From NCBI GenBank assembly GCA_964621125.1, contig CAZUKZ010000002.1:1-56848 (forward strand): 56,848 nt of DNA, given 5' to 3'. Numbering within the stretch: the stretch's first letter is position 1; each line of letters begins with the position of its first letter. The notes under the pieces were generated by a model, which saw only the letters and a program-made list of their open reading frames with translations, was not told the origin of the DNA and did not search any database. Below, one piece after another: positions 29,477 through 38,489 of the stretch. The DNA is from Candidatus Woesearchaeota archaeon (GTDB lineage Archaea; Nanobdellota; Nanobdellia; SCGC-AAA011-G17; GW2011-AR17). Position numbers and translations under genes: made by a program.

Positions 29477-30137
29477 TTATTGATATTTTTCCCTATAAAA
29501 ATTAGTCAACTTCTCAAACATGCTATTCCCTTCATCATCAAATTTTTCAGCCACCTTAATTTGAGGCCATAAATCTTTTGGTAATTTTGTATACAACACA
29601 AAAGTTCTTTGTAGCCCTAATATCTCTTTTTTTGAGGGCATATTTAATATAATATCCATCCTATAATCCCCTATTTCATAGTCTTTTGATATATCCTTTC
29701 TGAATACATAAATTATAAAATTTAGTGCCCTTATAAGGGGTAAAAATATGTACCATTGACCTAATTTTACCTAATTTTCTATTAAGTTTTCTATTAAGTC
29801 CTATTGTTTCAAAGATGTGTTCTCTTGTTTCATCTGGAATTCCTATAATGTTATTAGCACATACTCTTAGGTTTGTTTTATTAAGTATTTCAAAAGCATT
29901 TATAATCAGCTTATTACTCATGGGCCTGTTCAATAATTTTCTCATTTCAGGGGAACCACTCTCTACACCAACACTTATAGATTGGGCTCCAGCCCCTTCT
30001 ACCAATTTAATCTTTTCTTCAGTTATTGTCTCAGGCCTTGTTTGACACCAAAAAGGCAACCCTATTTCTTCTTTCCATAATCTACTAAATTCCTTAAGTC
30101 TTTCTACTGAAGATGCCAGATAGATTACTAAAAGAGT
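29477..30137 (-). pseudogene. radical SAM (class B-like) gene remnant: lacks the N-terminal and CxxxCxxC region and has an internal frame break
   Basis: The readable part is VERLKEFSRLWKEEIGLPFWCQTRPE..ISVGVESGSPEMRKLL..IIGIPDETRE..FTPYKGTKFY. An in-frame stop lies upstream at 30138-30140. The C-terminal tail (29477-29659) is in a different frame from 29676-30059. Confidence 0.6.
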
Positions 30138-30613
30138 TCAATGAGATGAAAGATATGCTTATCAAAGCTATAACAAAAAAATTCTCCAGACCATTTATGA
30201 TAGAGTATGGTATATGGGGACAATCAATACATCATGCCCATATCCATTTCATTCCCTCAAAAGGAGAAGGTTATGAGATAAAGAATATCATAGAAGATAT
30301 GGTGAAATTACAAAAAATAAAAGTACACAAAACCACTTGGAAAAGATTAAAAACAATATACAATGAAGAAAAAGCATATGTAAGCATCAAGGATGGAGAT
30401 ATGTACGTCTGTCATGTAAACAAGTTACCAAAAAACTATAATCCAGTAAACCTCATATTAAGAAAATTCTTCAGTGAAGTGATAGGCCTAAAAGGGGTCA
30501 AAAATTGGAAAGAACTTACAAATGAAGAAAAAGCGCTGGATGAAGAAAAGAGGAATAAAACAAAGGAAGCATTGACAAAGGAATTATTTAATAAAGTTTC
30601 CAATAGTATTTAA
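30113..30613 (+). CDS. HIT-motif protein, atypical and possibly 5'-truncated
   Basis: Histidine triad HHAHIHFIP sits at residues about 41-49 rather than about 95-105. In-frame stop upstream at 30095-30097. Long C-terminal extension of unknown function. Confidence 0.4.
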   Translation: MPDRLLKEFNEMKDMLIKAITKKFSRPFMIEYGIWGQSIHHAHIHFIPSKGEGYEIKNIIEDMVKLQKIKVHKTTWKRLKTIYNEEKAYVSIKDGDMYVCHVNKLPKNYNPVNLILRKFFSEVIGLKGVKNWKELTNEEKALDEEKRNKTKEALTKELFNKVSNSI

Positions 30614-30670
30614 CAGATAATATGGTTTTTTTCTAGAACAGAACATACTTTTATTTCAGATATCTAAAAA

Positions 30671-32368
30671 TCAAGTCAATCCATAAAGCTTTATGTTATT
30701 TGATGTTTTTTTAAGAATAGGATAATTAAGGTCTTTACTTGTTATTAGATACTTAAACTTACTTAAATCACCTATTTTTGCAACAGTAACTCTTGAATTT
30801 ATCCAAAATGAAACTAAAGAAGAATGGTTTCTGACGTCACACAATGTTTTATCAAGATATTTTTTCTGTAATTTGACAAGACAATCCTCTTCGTCTAACA
30901 ACACAGGACCGTTCAGCCCTTGTTTATCCATCCACATCCCTAATTGAGTTTTCTCATCACCCAACCAGAACTTATAAGAATTATAGGATGCCATAGAGTA
31001 ATTCAAAAAACCAAGCAATACAAATATACAAATTATGATAGTAGCAATTTTCTTTATCTTCATACTTCTAAACAATATTAAACTTATGAAAGGGAAGGAA
31101 ACAATCATAATCGCACAAACAGCAAAAGCAGCATAATTAAATGTTCCGGATGTTGGCCAAAAATACTTTACTGCTGTTTGCATTAACCCAATGTATGATA
31201 TTGATGTATTATTAGAAGGAAATACATTGTAAATAAGAAGCAAAAACGATGGAATTAAAAGAAATGTTGCAAAAACAAACCAAGATTTATATTTTGCAAG
31301 ATTCATCCCCTTTATCCTCATTCTTTTCAACATCACAAACCCAGTCAATAAAACTAAAGGAAATACCGCACTAACATACCTCGTCAATGCTTTTCCACTA
31401 ATCCCATAAGTGTATATTGATGATGATGCATTATGATGTGATGCAATCAAAATAAAACAGATACTACAAAAGAAACTTAATAACCCCAAATTAAAAATCT
31501 TTTGATCCTTAGACTTAAGTGTACAAAGTGAAAGAATCCCAAAAATAATGCCAGACCCAAGGATTATTGTGGCAAAATATGGCAATAACCACAATAAAAA
31601 CTGCCAAAATGAGTAGTAATTTGTAGAAACTCTTGTAACAGCATCAGAGTAGGAACCCATAATTCCACCAAGACTAAATCCATAGTGAAAAGCGTTTCTC
31701 AAAAACCATAATGAAATTATTGAAAGTGAAACCGTAAAAAATATTGCTCTCTTCTTTATCTCTAGAAGTATGTCCGCCCCCCTAAGCATTCTTACAAAAC
31801 TACATAAAGCTATAGCCGGTAAAATCACAATCGCCAAACTTCGTGTGAGAAACAACAATCCAACACTCAAGCCAGCAACCACATCCCACCCGTAACTCCT
31901 CTTAATAAATGATTTAAATATAAAATATGCACCAAGCATGAAAAGAGGATAAAATAAGTTCTCCGAAAGTATAAATGCTGGATAAGAAAAAACTGCAGGC
32001 ATAACAGAAATAATTAGGCTTACAAGAAAAGAATCCTTATCATTGAGGAACTCTCTTGCTAATAAAAATGCAGGAAATATCATCATGGTAGTCAATAAGG
32101 CGTTTAATATTTTCATAGCAGCATATACATAAGTCATACTCTGGAAAATGTAGGCTGCCGATAATATCAAAGGGTATATTGGAGGAAACATATTAAGAAT
32201 AAGCCCATCGGCTGAGAAAGACCCATCAACAAATAATCCTCTTGCAGCCCGAGCATAAAAGAATTCATCGCTCCACATCGAAGGAGCAGGTATAGCTAAT
32301 GATAATATAACCTTCAATGTTAAAATTATTATAAAAGCTAAAATGAGGTATTGGTATACTTTTCGCAT
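30671..32368 (-). CDS. GT-C fold membrane glycosyltransferase (family 39/83, ArnT/PMT-like)
   Basis: At least 10 TM helices. First-loop SDEFFYARAARG (DE motif). Soluble C-terminal domain. No WWDYG-type AglB motif seen. Confidence 0.65.
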   Translation of the reverse strand: MRKVYQYLILAFIIILTLKVILSLAIPAPSMWSDEFFYARAARGLFVDGSFSADGLILNMFPPIYPLILSAAYIFQSMTYVYAAMKILNALLTTMMIFPAFLLAREFLNDKDSFLVSLIISVMPAVFSYPAFILSENLFYPLFMLGAYFIFKSFIKRSYGWDVVAGLSVGLLFLTRSLAIVILPAIALCSFVRMLRGADILLEIKKRAIFFTVSLSIISLWFLRNAFHYGFSLGGIMGSYSDAVTRVSTNYYSFWQFLLWLLPYFATIILGSGIIFGILSLCTLKSKDQKIFNLGLLSFFCSICFILIASHHNASSSIYTYGISGKALTRYVSAVFPLVLLTGFVMLKRMRIKGMNLAKYKSWFVFATFLLIPSFLLLIYNVFPSNNTSISYIGLMQTAVKYFWPTSGTFNYAAFAVCAIMIVSFPFISLILFRSMKIKKIATIIICIFVLLGFLNYSMASYNSYKFWLGDEKTQLGMWMDKQGLNGPVLLDEEDCLVKLQKKYLDKTLCDVRNHSSLVSFWINSRVTVAKIGDLSKFKYLITSKDLNYPILKKTSNNIKLYGLT

Positions 32369-32476
32369 GAATTTATCCCCCTAAGCCTTATTTAAAAAGC
32401 TTCTGCATTTTAAGTCGCATAGACGACCCATAAATTACGAAAAATAATTAAATAGGATTGAACTCATCCTTTAAAA

Positions 32477-34705
32477 ATGAAAATAATCCTCATATCTACA
32501 TCAACTTATCCCTCAGATCAAGGTTTAAGGACCATCTCATCTTGCCTTAAAAAAGAAGAGCATAATATTAAAATGGTGTTTATGCCTATGGAAGAAAATT
32601 ATTCTCTAAAATATCCGCTAAAGGCGTTAATACAATTAAAACAGATTTGCAAAGGTGGTGACCTAATAGGAATTTCAGCTTATGCCTCTACATCTCCACG
32701 AGCAATACAAATTATCGATTATCTTAAATCTATGGAAATACCTTTTGTGTGGGGAGGACCGCATGCTACAATCTCTCCGAATAAATGTATACAACATGTA
32801 AATATAATCTGTAGGGGAGAGGGAGAAGAAGCTATTGTTGAACTTGCCACCAAGTTAGATAAAAAGAAAGACTACTCTAATATACAAAACCTGTGGATAA
32901 AAAAGGAAGGTAAAATAATCAAAAATGATGTGAGGTGCCTACAACCCACTTTAGACCATCTTCCTCCACCAGATTATGACTTACAAGACCATTACATTTT
33001 AGAAAACGAACAGCTTGTCCATTTTAAGGAAAGGCATCTGAATGGGTACATATTTTTCATGACCTCTAGAGGTTGCCCAAACGCTTGTACCTATTGTTTT
33101 CCTGCCGGAAATTTAGTGGAGAGTGAAAATGGAATGATTCCTATTGAAGATATAAAATTAAATGAAAAGGTATTATGTGCTGATGGGAAGTGGCATAAAG
33201 TTAACAATTTATATAAAAGGAAATATTCCGGCAGGTTAGTCAAATTATTAGTTACCAAATTAGGAGAAGGCATAACTTGTACATCTGATCATAAAATATT
33301 AACTTATAGAAACAAAAAAACTTGTTATATTAAAGCTGAAGAGATAAAGAAGAGTGATAAACTTTGTGTACCTCTACCTCCAGAAGAGAAGGAAGAAATT
33401 GACTTGTATAAGTTCCTATATGATGTTAGGTTTAAGGTAAAACTAAAACGACTCGTTAACCTTAGAGCGTTAAAAGAATGTATTAAACTGCATAAGGACG
33501 GTCTAAGCACAAGAAAAATATCTACAAAAACAGGAGTCAGCAAAAGTTATGTTCATTATATAATTAAGGCATCCAATAATAAAGAAAGATGGGTTAGTCT
33601 AGAAAAGAAAGAGGTCAAATGTAAGATACATAAAAAAGGGGATCTAGTAAGATTTACATTTGGAAGGAATCCAGTAAAAAGGAAAATTAAGCTTAATGGT
33701 CATCTCTGCAGACTTTTTGGATATTATTTAGCAGAAGGAAGTCTTTTAAAAGATAAATCAAGACCAAACAGTTTTGAAATTAATTTTAGCTTTGGCAAAA
33801 CAGAAAAAGCATACATAGATGATACCATAAGTATAATTAATAAAGAATTTAGAATTGAACCTAGCCTTGTTAAAGATAAAACTGCAACAAGGGTTGTTAT
33901 AAGTAATAGCATAATAGGACATTTATTTGAAAGATTATTTGATAAAGGCTCAAGAAATAAGAGAATTCATCCAATAATTCTAAATCTTGCACAAAAAGAG
34001 CTTAAGCAATTACTCTGTGGCTACATAAGAGGTGATGGAGACAAAAACCTAATTTGTAGTACTGTTTCAAAATCTCTGGCTTATCAGATACAGTTAATTG
34101 GTTTTAAATGTGGATATAGTCCAGGAGTTTATAGGTGTAAAGGGGGGAGGGTTAGCATAATCGATGGTAGAATCCTCAAATGTAATGGATATTATGCTAT
34201 GAGTTTTAAAAATACTCAAAAAGAAAATGAATTAAAGAAAATTGTTTACGGGATTAAGCAAAATAAAAAACAAGTTGCAGAAAAGTATATTAAACATAAG
34301 AATTTCATTCTTCTCCCAGTAAAAGAGATAAAAACATTCGCTTCAAATAAAGAAGTGTTCAATATAGAAGTCTCTTCACAGCATAATTATACAATAAATA
34401 ATATTGTGGTGAAAAACTGTTCCAACCACCTCTACCGCCAACTTCATAGCGGTAAAGGAAAACTAATAAGAAGTTATAGTCCAGATTATACTATCAAGGA
34501 ATTAAAAAGATTGAAAAACAAATTTCCATCCATAGGTGTCTTTGATATACGAGATGAAACCTTCCTAGCTAGGCCTCTTGAAGATATAAAGAAGTTTGCT
34601 GCAAAATATAAGAAAGAAGTAGGCATAAGGTTCAAGTGTCTTGTTGATCCTCCGACCACAAATAAAGATAAATTGAAATTACTGGTAGATGCCCGGGTTA
34701 TCTGA
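32477..34705 (+). CDS. B12-binding-domain radical SAM protein, N-terminal part, carrying an intein; frame breaks near 34696
   Basis: Cobalamin-binding-like N-terminal domain (LIGISAYASTSP...VWGGPHATISP). SRGCPNACTY|C, where the third Cys position is split by the intein. Extein resumes with CSNHLYRQLHSG. Confidence 0.8.
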   Translation: MKIILISTSTYPSDQGLRTISSCLKKEEHNIKMVFMPMEENYSLKYPLKALIQLKQICKGGDLIGISAYASTSPRAIQIIDYLKSMEIPFVWGGPHATISPNKCIQHVNIICRGEGEEAIVELATKLDKKKDYSNIQNLWIKKEGKIIKNDVRCLQPTLDHLPPPDYDLQDHYILENEQLVHFKERHLNGYIFFMTSRGCPNACTYCFPAGNLVESENGMIPIEDIKLNEKVLCADGKWHKVNNLYKRKYSGRLVKLLVTKLGEGITCTSDHKILTYRNKKTCYIKAEEIKKSDKLCVPLPPEEKEEIDLYKFLYDVRFKVKLKRLVNLRALKECIKLHKDGLSTRKISTKTGVSKSYVHYIIKASNNKERWVSLEKKEVKCKIHKKGDLVRFTFGRNPVKRKIKLNGHLCRLFGYYLAEGSLLKDKSRPNSFEINFSFGKTEKAYIDDTISIINKEFRIEPSLVKDKTATRVVISNSIIGHLFERLFDKGSRNKRIHPIILNLAQKELKQLLCGYIRGDGDKNLICSTVSKSLAYQIQLIGFKCGYSPGVYRCKGGRVSIIDGRILKCNGYYAMSFKNTQKENELKKIVYGIKQNKKQVAEKYIKHKNFILLPVKEIKTFASNKEVFNIEVSSQHNYTINNIVVKNCSNHLYRQLHSGKGKLIRSYSPDYTIKELKRLKNKFPSIGVFDIRDETFLARPLEDIKKFAAKYKKEVGIRFKCLVDPPTTNKDKLKLLVDARVI
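33095..34417 (+). mobile_element. 441-aa intein with LAGLIDADG homing endonuclease and HTH insert
   Basis: Cys1 in CFPAGNLVESENGMIPIEDI (block A). ITCTSDH (TxxH, block B). LAGLIDADG motifs LFGYYLAEGS and LLCGYIRGDGD. C-terminal VFNIEVSSQHNYTINNIVVKN followed by +1 Cys at 34418. Confidence 0.85.
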
Positions 34706-35336
34706 TATTATAATGGGCATACAATCAGGAAGTGATAAAGTAAATCTAAAAGTATATAAAAGATACATAAAAAGCTGCCAAGTCTTAAAGGCTGCTAAAA
34801 TCATAAACAAATTCAAGTCAAAGCTTGCTGTAATGTATGATATGATTACCACCAATCCTTATGAAGAAATGGAAGACGTCCTAGAAAGTATAAACATCAT
34901 GATGGAGATTCCCAAGCCCTATTATCTTTCTGTCAACAATTTAGTGTTCTTTTTAGGTACCCCATTATATGACCAAGCAATTAAAGATGGAATAATAAGA
35001 AGCAGAAAGGACTCAGCATTCGATCTGAATTATTGGGACAGATGGAAACACATCAAGTTGAAAAAGAAGAATGCCTATCTCAATCTGATCTTAAACTTAA
35101 TGAGGGGTCCCTGTACAAATAAAAGGTATGGTTTACTTCCTGCCCCAGTACTTAATTTTTTAGTTCAAGAAAAAATAATAAGATTTAATGTCAAATATAA
35201 AACCCCTACTTACATTGTAGGCAACATAGTGCAAGTCATAGACTTTTTTAGAGAAAATGTTGCTAAACCCATATATCGTAAGGCTATGCCCACTTCTTTT
35301 AAAATTTGGTATGATAAAATAAGGTATAGAGTCTGA
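34689..35336 (+). CDS. C-terminal part of the same radical SAM gene, in the +1 frame
   Basis: GLSDIIMGIQSGSDKVNL continues KLKLLVDA from the upstream frame. Compare the paralog's KLLKLMKKAGCWSIHYGVESGSQRLL. Confidence 0.7.
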   Translation: MPGLSDIIMGIQSGSDKVNLKVYKRYIKSCQVLKAAKIINKFKSKLAVMYDMITTNPYEEMEDVLESINIMMEIPKPYYLSVNNLVFFLGTPLYDQAIKDGIIRSRKDSAFDLNYWDRWKHIKLKKKNAYLNLILNLMRGPCTNKRYGLLPAPVLNFLVQEKIIRFNVKYKTPTYIVGNIVQVIDFFRENVAKPIYRKAMPTSFKIWYDKIRYRV

Positions 35337-35386
35337 GCCTACTTGCATAATTCTTATAAAGTCTTGTTTTTAGAATTGTAAAGTAA

Positions 35387-36538
35387 ATGAAAATAGCTTA
35401 CGTCACTGCATTCTATAGTCCAGCTATAGGCGGAGTCAAGCAAGTAGTTGAAGAACTTGCTGAAAGGCTAGTTAAAGACGGTCATGAAATACATGTCTAT
35501 TGTTCTGATTCAGATAAATATAAAAGAATAAAAAAGAAAGAAGAAATCATAAAAGGAGTTCATGTCCATAGGTGTTTTAATTGGTTTACGCTAGCTAATT
35601 TTGCAACATTTTGGCCATCCTTATTATGGAAACTCTGGAGGGAGGATTTTGACCTTATACATACTCATGTATCAGGACATTCTTATGTCTTTTTCGCTGC
35701 CCTCATAGCTAAGCTCAAAGGCATCGCCCATGTTCATACAACTCATTGCTGTTGGACTGAAGGTTTCAGATCTTTAATTGGAAGAGCTGCTGTATGGTTA
35801 GACTATAGGACTGTGTTACCCTTAAGTTTCAGATGGACTGACAAGATAATTGCCATAACTCCCTGGGAAGTAAAGCATATTAAAAAATGGGGCGGAGATC
35901 AAAGAAAGATTGATGTAATCCCTAATGGAATGGATGAAATTCTTTTAAAAAAAATCAAGAATAATAAGTTCAAGAAAAAATATGGAGTGAAAGACAAGTT
36001 AGTACTGTTTTTCGGTAGACTGAACCCTACGAAAGGCCCAGACAAATTAGCTATAGTAGGCAATGAGATAACTACTGAAAGGAAAGATATAGATTTCATG
36101 TTTGTTGGGCCAGATGAGGGTATGATGGATACTGTCGCTAAGCTGATAAAAGGCAAAGACCGTATGCATCTTATAGGCCCTATAAGAGGTAAAGACAATA
36201 TCGCTGAGATGTATCAAGCAGCTGATTTATATGTTTTACCAAGCTATAGGGAAGGCTTGCCATTAACATTATTTGAGGCTATGGCTGCTGGATTGCCTAT
36301 TGTTGCTAGCCCTGTAAACGGAATCCCTTACGAAATGAAAGATCCAGAAAATGGCCTATTGATAAAATATGGAGACTTGAAAAATCTCAAGAAAGCTATT
36401 CTTAAAATGCTTGATGATCAAAAGTATGCACAAGTTGTCAGCAAAAACAACATTAAGAAATCAGCCAAGTACAATTGGAATAATATCACTAAAAGAACTA
36501 TGGAAGTTTATCAGGAAGCGATAAGCTTACACCAGTAA
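35387..36538 (+). CDS. family 4 (GT-B) glycosyltransferase
   Basis: MKIAYVTAFYSPAIGGV. C-terminal EGLPLTLFEAMAAGLPIVAS (E-x7-E region). Confidence 0.8.
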   Translation: MKIAYVTAFYSPAIGGVKQVVEELAERLVKDGHEIHVYCSDSDKYKRIKKKEEIIKGVHVHRCFNWFTLANFATFWPSLLWKLWREDFDLIHTHVSGHSYVFFAALIAKLKGIAHVHTTHCCWTEGFRSLIGRAAVWLDYRTVLPLSFRWTDKIIAITPWEVKHIKKWGGDQRKIDVIPNGMDEILLKKIKNNKFKKKYGVKDKLVLFFGRLNPTKGPDKLAIVGNEITTERKDIDFMFVGPDEGMMDTVAKLIKGKDRMHLIGPIRGKDNIAEMYQAADLYVLPSYREGLPLTLFEAMAAGLPIVASPVNGIPYEMKDPENGLLIKYGDLKNLKKAILKMLDDQKYAQVVSKNNIKKSAKYNWNNITKRTMEVYQEAISLHQ

Positions 36539-36591
36539 CAAATTCTATGAATTCGATACACTTATAAGAATATTAATTTTATAATTTAAGT

Positions 36592-36906
36592 ATGGAAGTA
36601 GAATATTCACACAATGTTAGTGGAGAGGAGGCTGCTGAAATAGTCGACCAAACCATGAAGGAATTAGAAAAGAACACTGAAGAGATCAAAAGCCTGAAGT
36701 GTAAGTGGAATGATGATAAGAGGGAATGTAAGTTTGTCGTAAATGCTATGGGTTTCAAGATTAAAGGAAATGGGGTGGTAGAACCGAATAAAATCGTTTT
36801 TACGGCATCCTTACCATTTATAGCAATGGCATTTTCTCCAGATATACAGATGATAATCGATAAAGTCATTTTAAAAGTTAGCCAAGGAAGGGTTGAGAAG
36901 ATTTAA
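36592..36906 (+). CDS. small protein resembling the putative polyhydroxyalkanoic-acid-system (PHA_gran_rgn) family
   Basis: The pattern H.vs.eeA...v......l......lkckW..d...f........kG.g.v....i...a.LPf....f...i is recalled from that family. The call is weak. Confidence 0.35.
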   Translation: MEVEYSHNVSGEEAAEIVDQTMKELEKNTEEIKSLKCKWNDDKRECKFVVNAMGFKIKGNGVVEPNKIVFTASLPFIAMAFSPDIQMIIDKVILKVSQGRVEKI

Positions 36907-36917
36907 ATTCTAGAAAA

Positions 36918-38489
36918 ATGATAAAACAATACGATATTATCCTTGTAAGCGGAGAGCCTTTTGTTGATCATCCCTTTTCTGGAGTAGGTGTAATAAAGAA
37001 AGTTCTTGAGGATAAGGGGTTTGGGGTTGGAGTGATTGAAAGTCCTAACTGGAAATCAGATAAGGATTTCTTGAAATTAGGAAAACCTAAACTGTTCTTT
37101 GGTGTTACTTCTGGTTCAATGGACAGTATGCTCGTGAATTATACACCTATAAAACACAAAAGACGGGAAGATGAATTTTCCAAGATCAGCTACAATGTCC
37201 CTGATAGGACGGTGATTGTCTATTGTAATACATTGAAGAAACTGTTTAAGGGTTCGACTATTGTGGTAGGAGGTATAGAGGCTTCATTGAGACGCTTTGT
37301 ACACTATGACTATTGGGACAATAAGCTTAGGAGGTCTATATTACTTGATTCAAGAGCAGATATTCTAGTTTATGGGTATGGGGAGCTGCAGATTGTTGAA
37401 ATTGCTGAAAGGATGAAAAGAAACAAAAAATTAGAAGGAGTTAGAGGTACTTGTATTATTGCTAAAAAATTACCTGGAGAATTTCTTGAGCTTCCAAGCC
37501 ATGAAAGAATTATCAAGGACAAGAAAGCATTATGCAAGATGCAAAACATGCTCGGTCAAAACAAGTGTTTAGGGCAAAAGTTCAAAGACAGGTATGTACT
37601 ACAGTATCGAAGTATGCCTTATACACCTGAGGATCTTGATTATATCTATTCTTTAGATTATTCCAGGCAAATACCTCATGGATTCAAGGAATTCAACACT
37701 ATTAAGTATAGCGTACTTACACATAGGGGCTGTCTTGGAGGATGTAATTTCTGTTCTATAAGTATCAATAGTGGAAAGGCAGTGATATCGAGGAGTGATG
37801 AATCAATAGCTGATGAAGTAAGGAGAATTACTAGAATGCCTGGATTTAAAGGGACTGTTGAACTTTCTGGAGCTGCAGCAAACATGTATGGGATGGATTG
37901 TGGAAAGGGATGTGGTAAGGAATGCATCAGCTGCAAAATTCTTGATAAAAGCCATTCTAAAATGATTAAGTTATTACGAAAAATTAGAAGTATTCCTAAA
38001 ATTAAGAATGTTTGGGTGAGAAGTGGGATAAGATTTGATCTGGCGTTGAGCAGCCCAAAGTATGTAAGAGAAATTATTAAGCACCATGTTGGAGATAAAT
38101 TGATGATTGCTCCTGAGCATGTTAGTGCAGGAGTTGTTAAGCTCATGAACAAGGGGAAAGGGTTGAAAGAGTTTATTGATATGTTTAAAAAAATATGTAA
38201 GGAGGAGAAAAAGGATTGCAAGTTAGCTTTCTATATGATGGTGGGGCATCCTGGATGTACACTAGAGAATTCTAAAGATTTAGGTAAATTTATTAGTAAA
38301 AATGAAAATGCGCAATATATACAGATATTCACGCCAAGTCCCATGACTATATCAACATGTATGTATTACACTTCTCTTAATCCTAAAAATATGAAAAAAG
38401 TCTATGTACCTTATACGTATAACGAGAAAAAACGGCAGAAAGAGCTTGCCTTAAGAGGGACAAGGCTGCTAAATTTTAAGAAGCTCTGA
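36918..38489 (+). CDS. ygiQ: YgiQ-family (UPF0313) radical SAM protein
   Basis: YDIILVSGEPFVDHPFSGVGVI...LGKPKLFFGVTSGSMDSMLVNYT at the N-terminus. Radical SAM motif HRGCLGGCNFCS. Confidence 0.8.
   Translation: MIKQYDIILVSGEPFVDHPFSGVGVIKKVLEDKGFGVGVIESPNWKSDKDFLKLGKPKLFFGVTSGSMDSMLVNYTPIKHKRREDEFSKISYNVPDRTVIVYCNTLKKLFKGSTIVVGGIEASLRRFVHYDYWDNKLRRSILLDSRADILVYGYGELQIVEIAERMKRNKKLEGVRGTCIIAKKLPGEFLELPSHERIIKDKKALCKMQNMLGQNKCLGQKFKDRYVLQYRSMPYTPEDLDYIYSLDYSRQIPHGFKEFNTIKYSVLTHRGCLGGCNFCSISINSGKAVISRSDESIADEVRRITRMPGFKGTVELSGAAANMYGMDCGKGCGKECISCKILDKSHSKMIKLLRKIRSIPKIKNVWVRSGIRFDLALSSPKYVREIIKHHVGDKLMIAPEHVSAGVVKLMNKGKGLKEFIDMFKKICKEEKKDCKLAFYMMVGHPGCTLENSKDLGKFISKNENAQYIQIFTPSPMTISTCMYYTSLNPKNMKKVYVPYTYNEKKRQKELALRGTRLLNFKKL

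Noticed and set aside
29760-29800. Adjacent short tandem duplications (cctaatttt x2 and ttctattaagt x2)
   Set aside because: Only two copies each, 10-12 nt long, inside the decaying radical SAM remnant where they encode LNRKLNRKLGKI. This is consistent with slippage. It is not a CRISPR array or a regulatory repeat.
38469-38489. 21-nt overlap of the convergent 3' ends of ygiQ and the amidohydrolase gene
   Set aside because: Both ORFs have family motifs up to their ends. Convergent stop overlaps occur elsewhere in this compact window (1565-1568, 10673-10676, 51668-51671), so this reflects gene packing rather than a distinct element.
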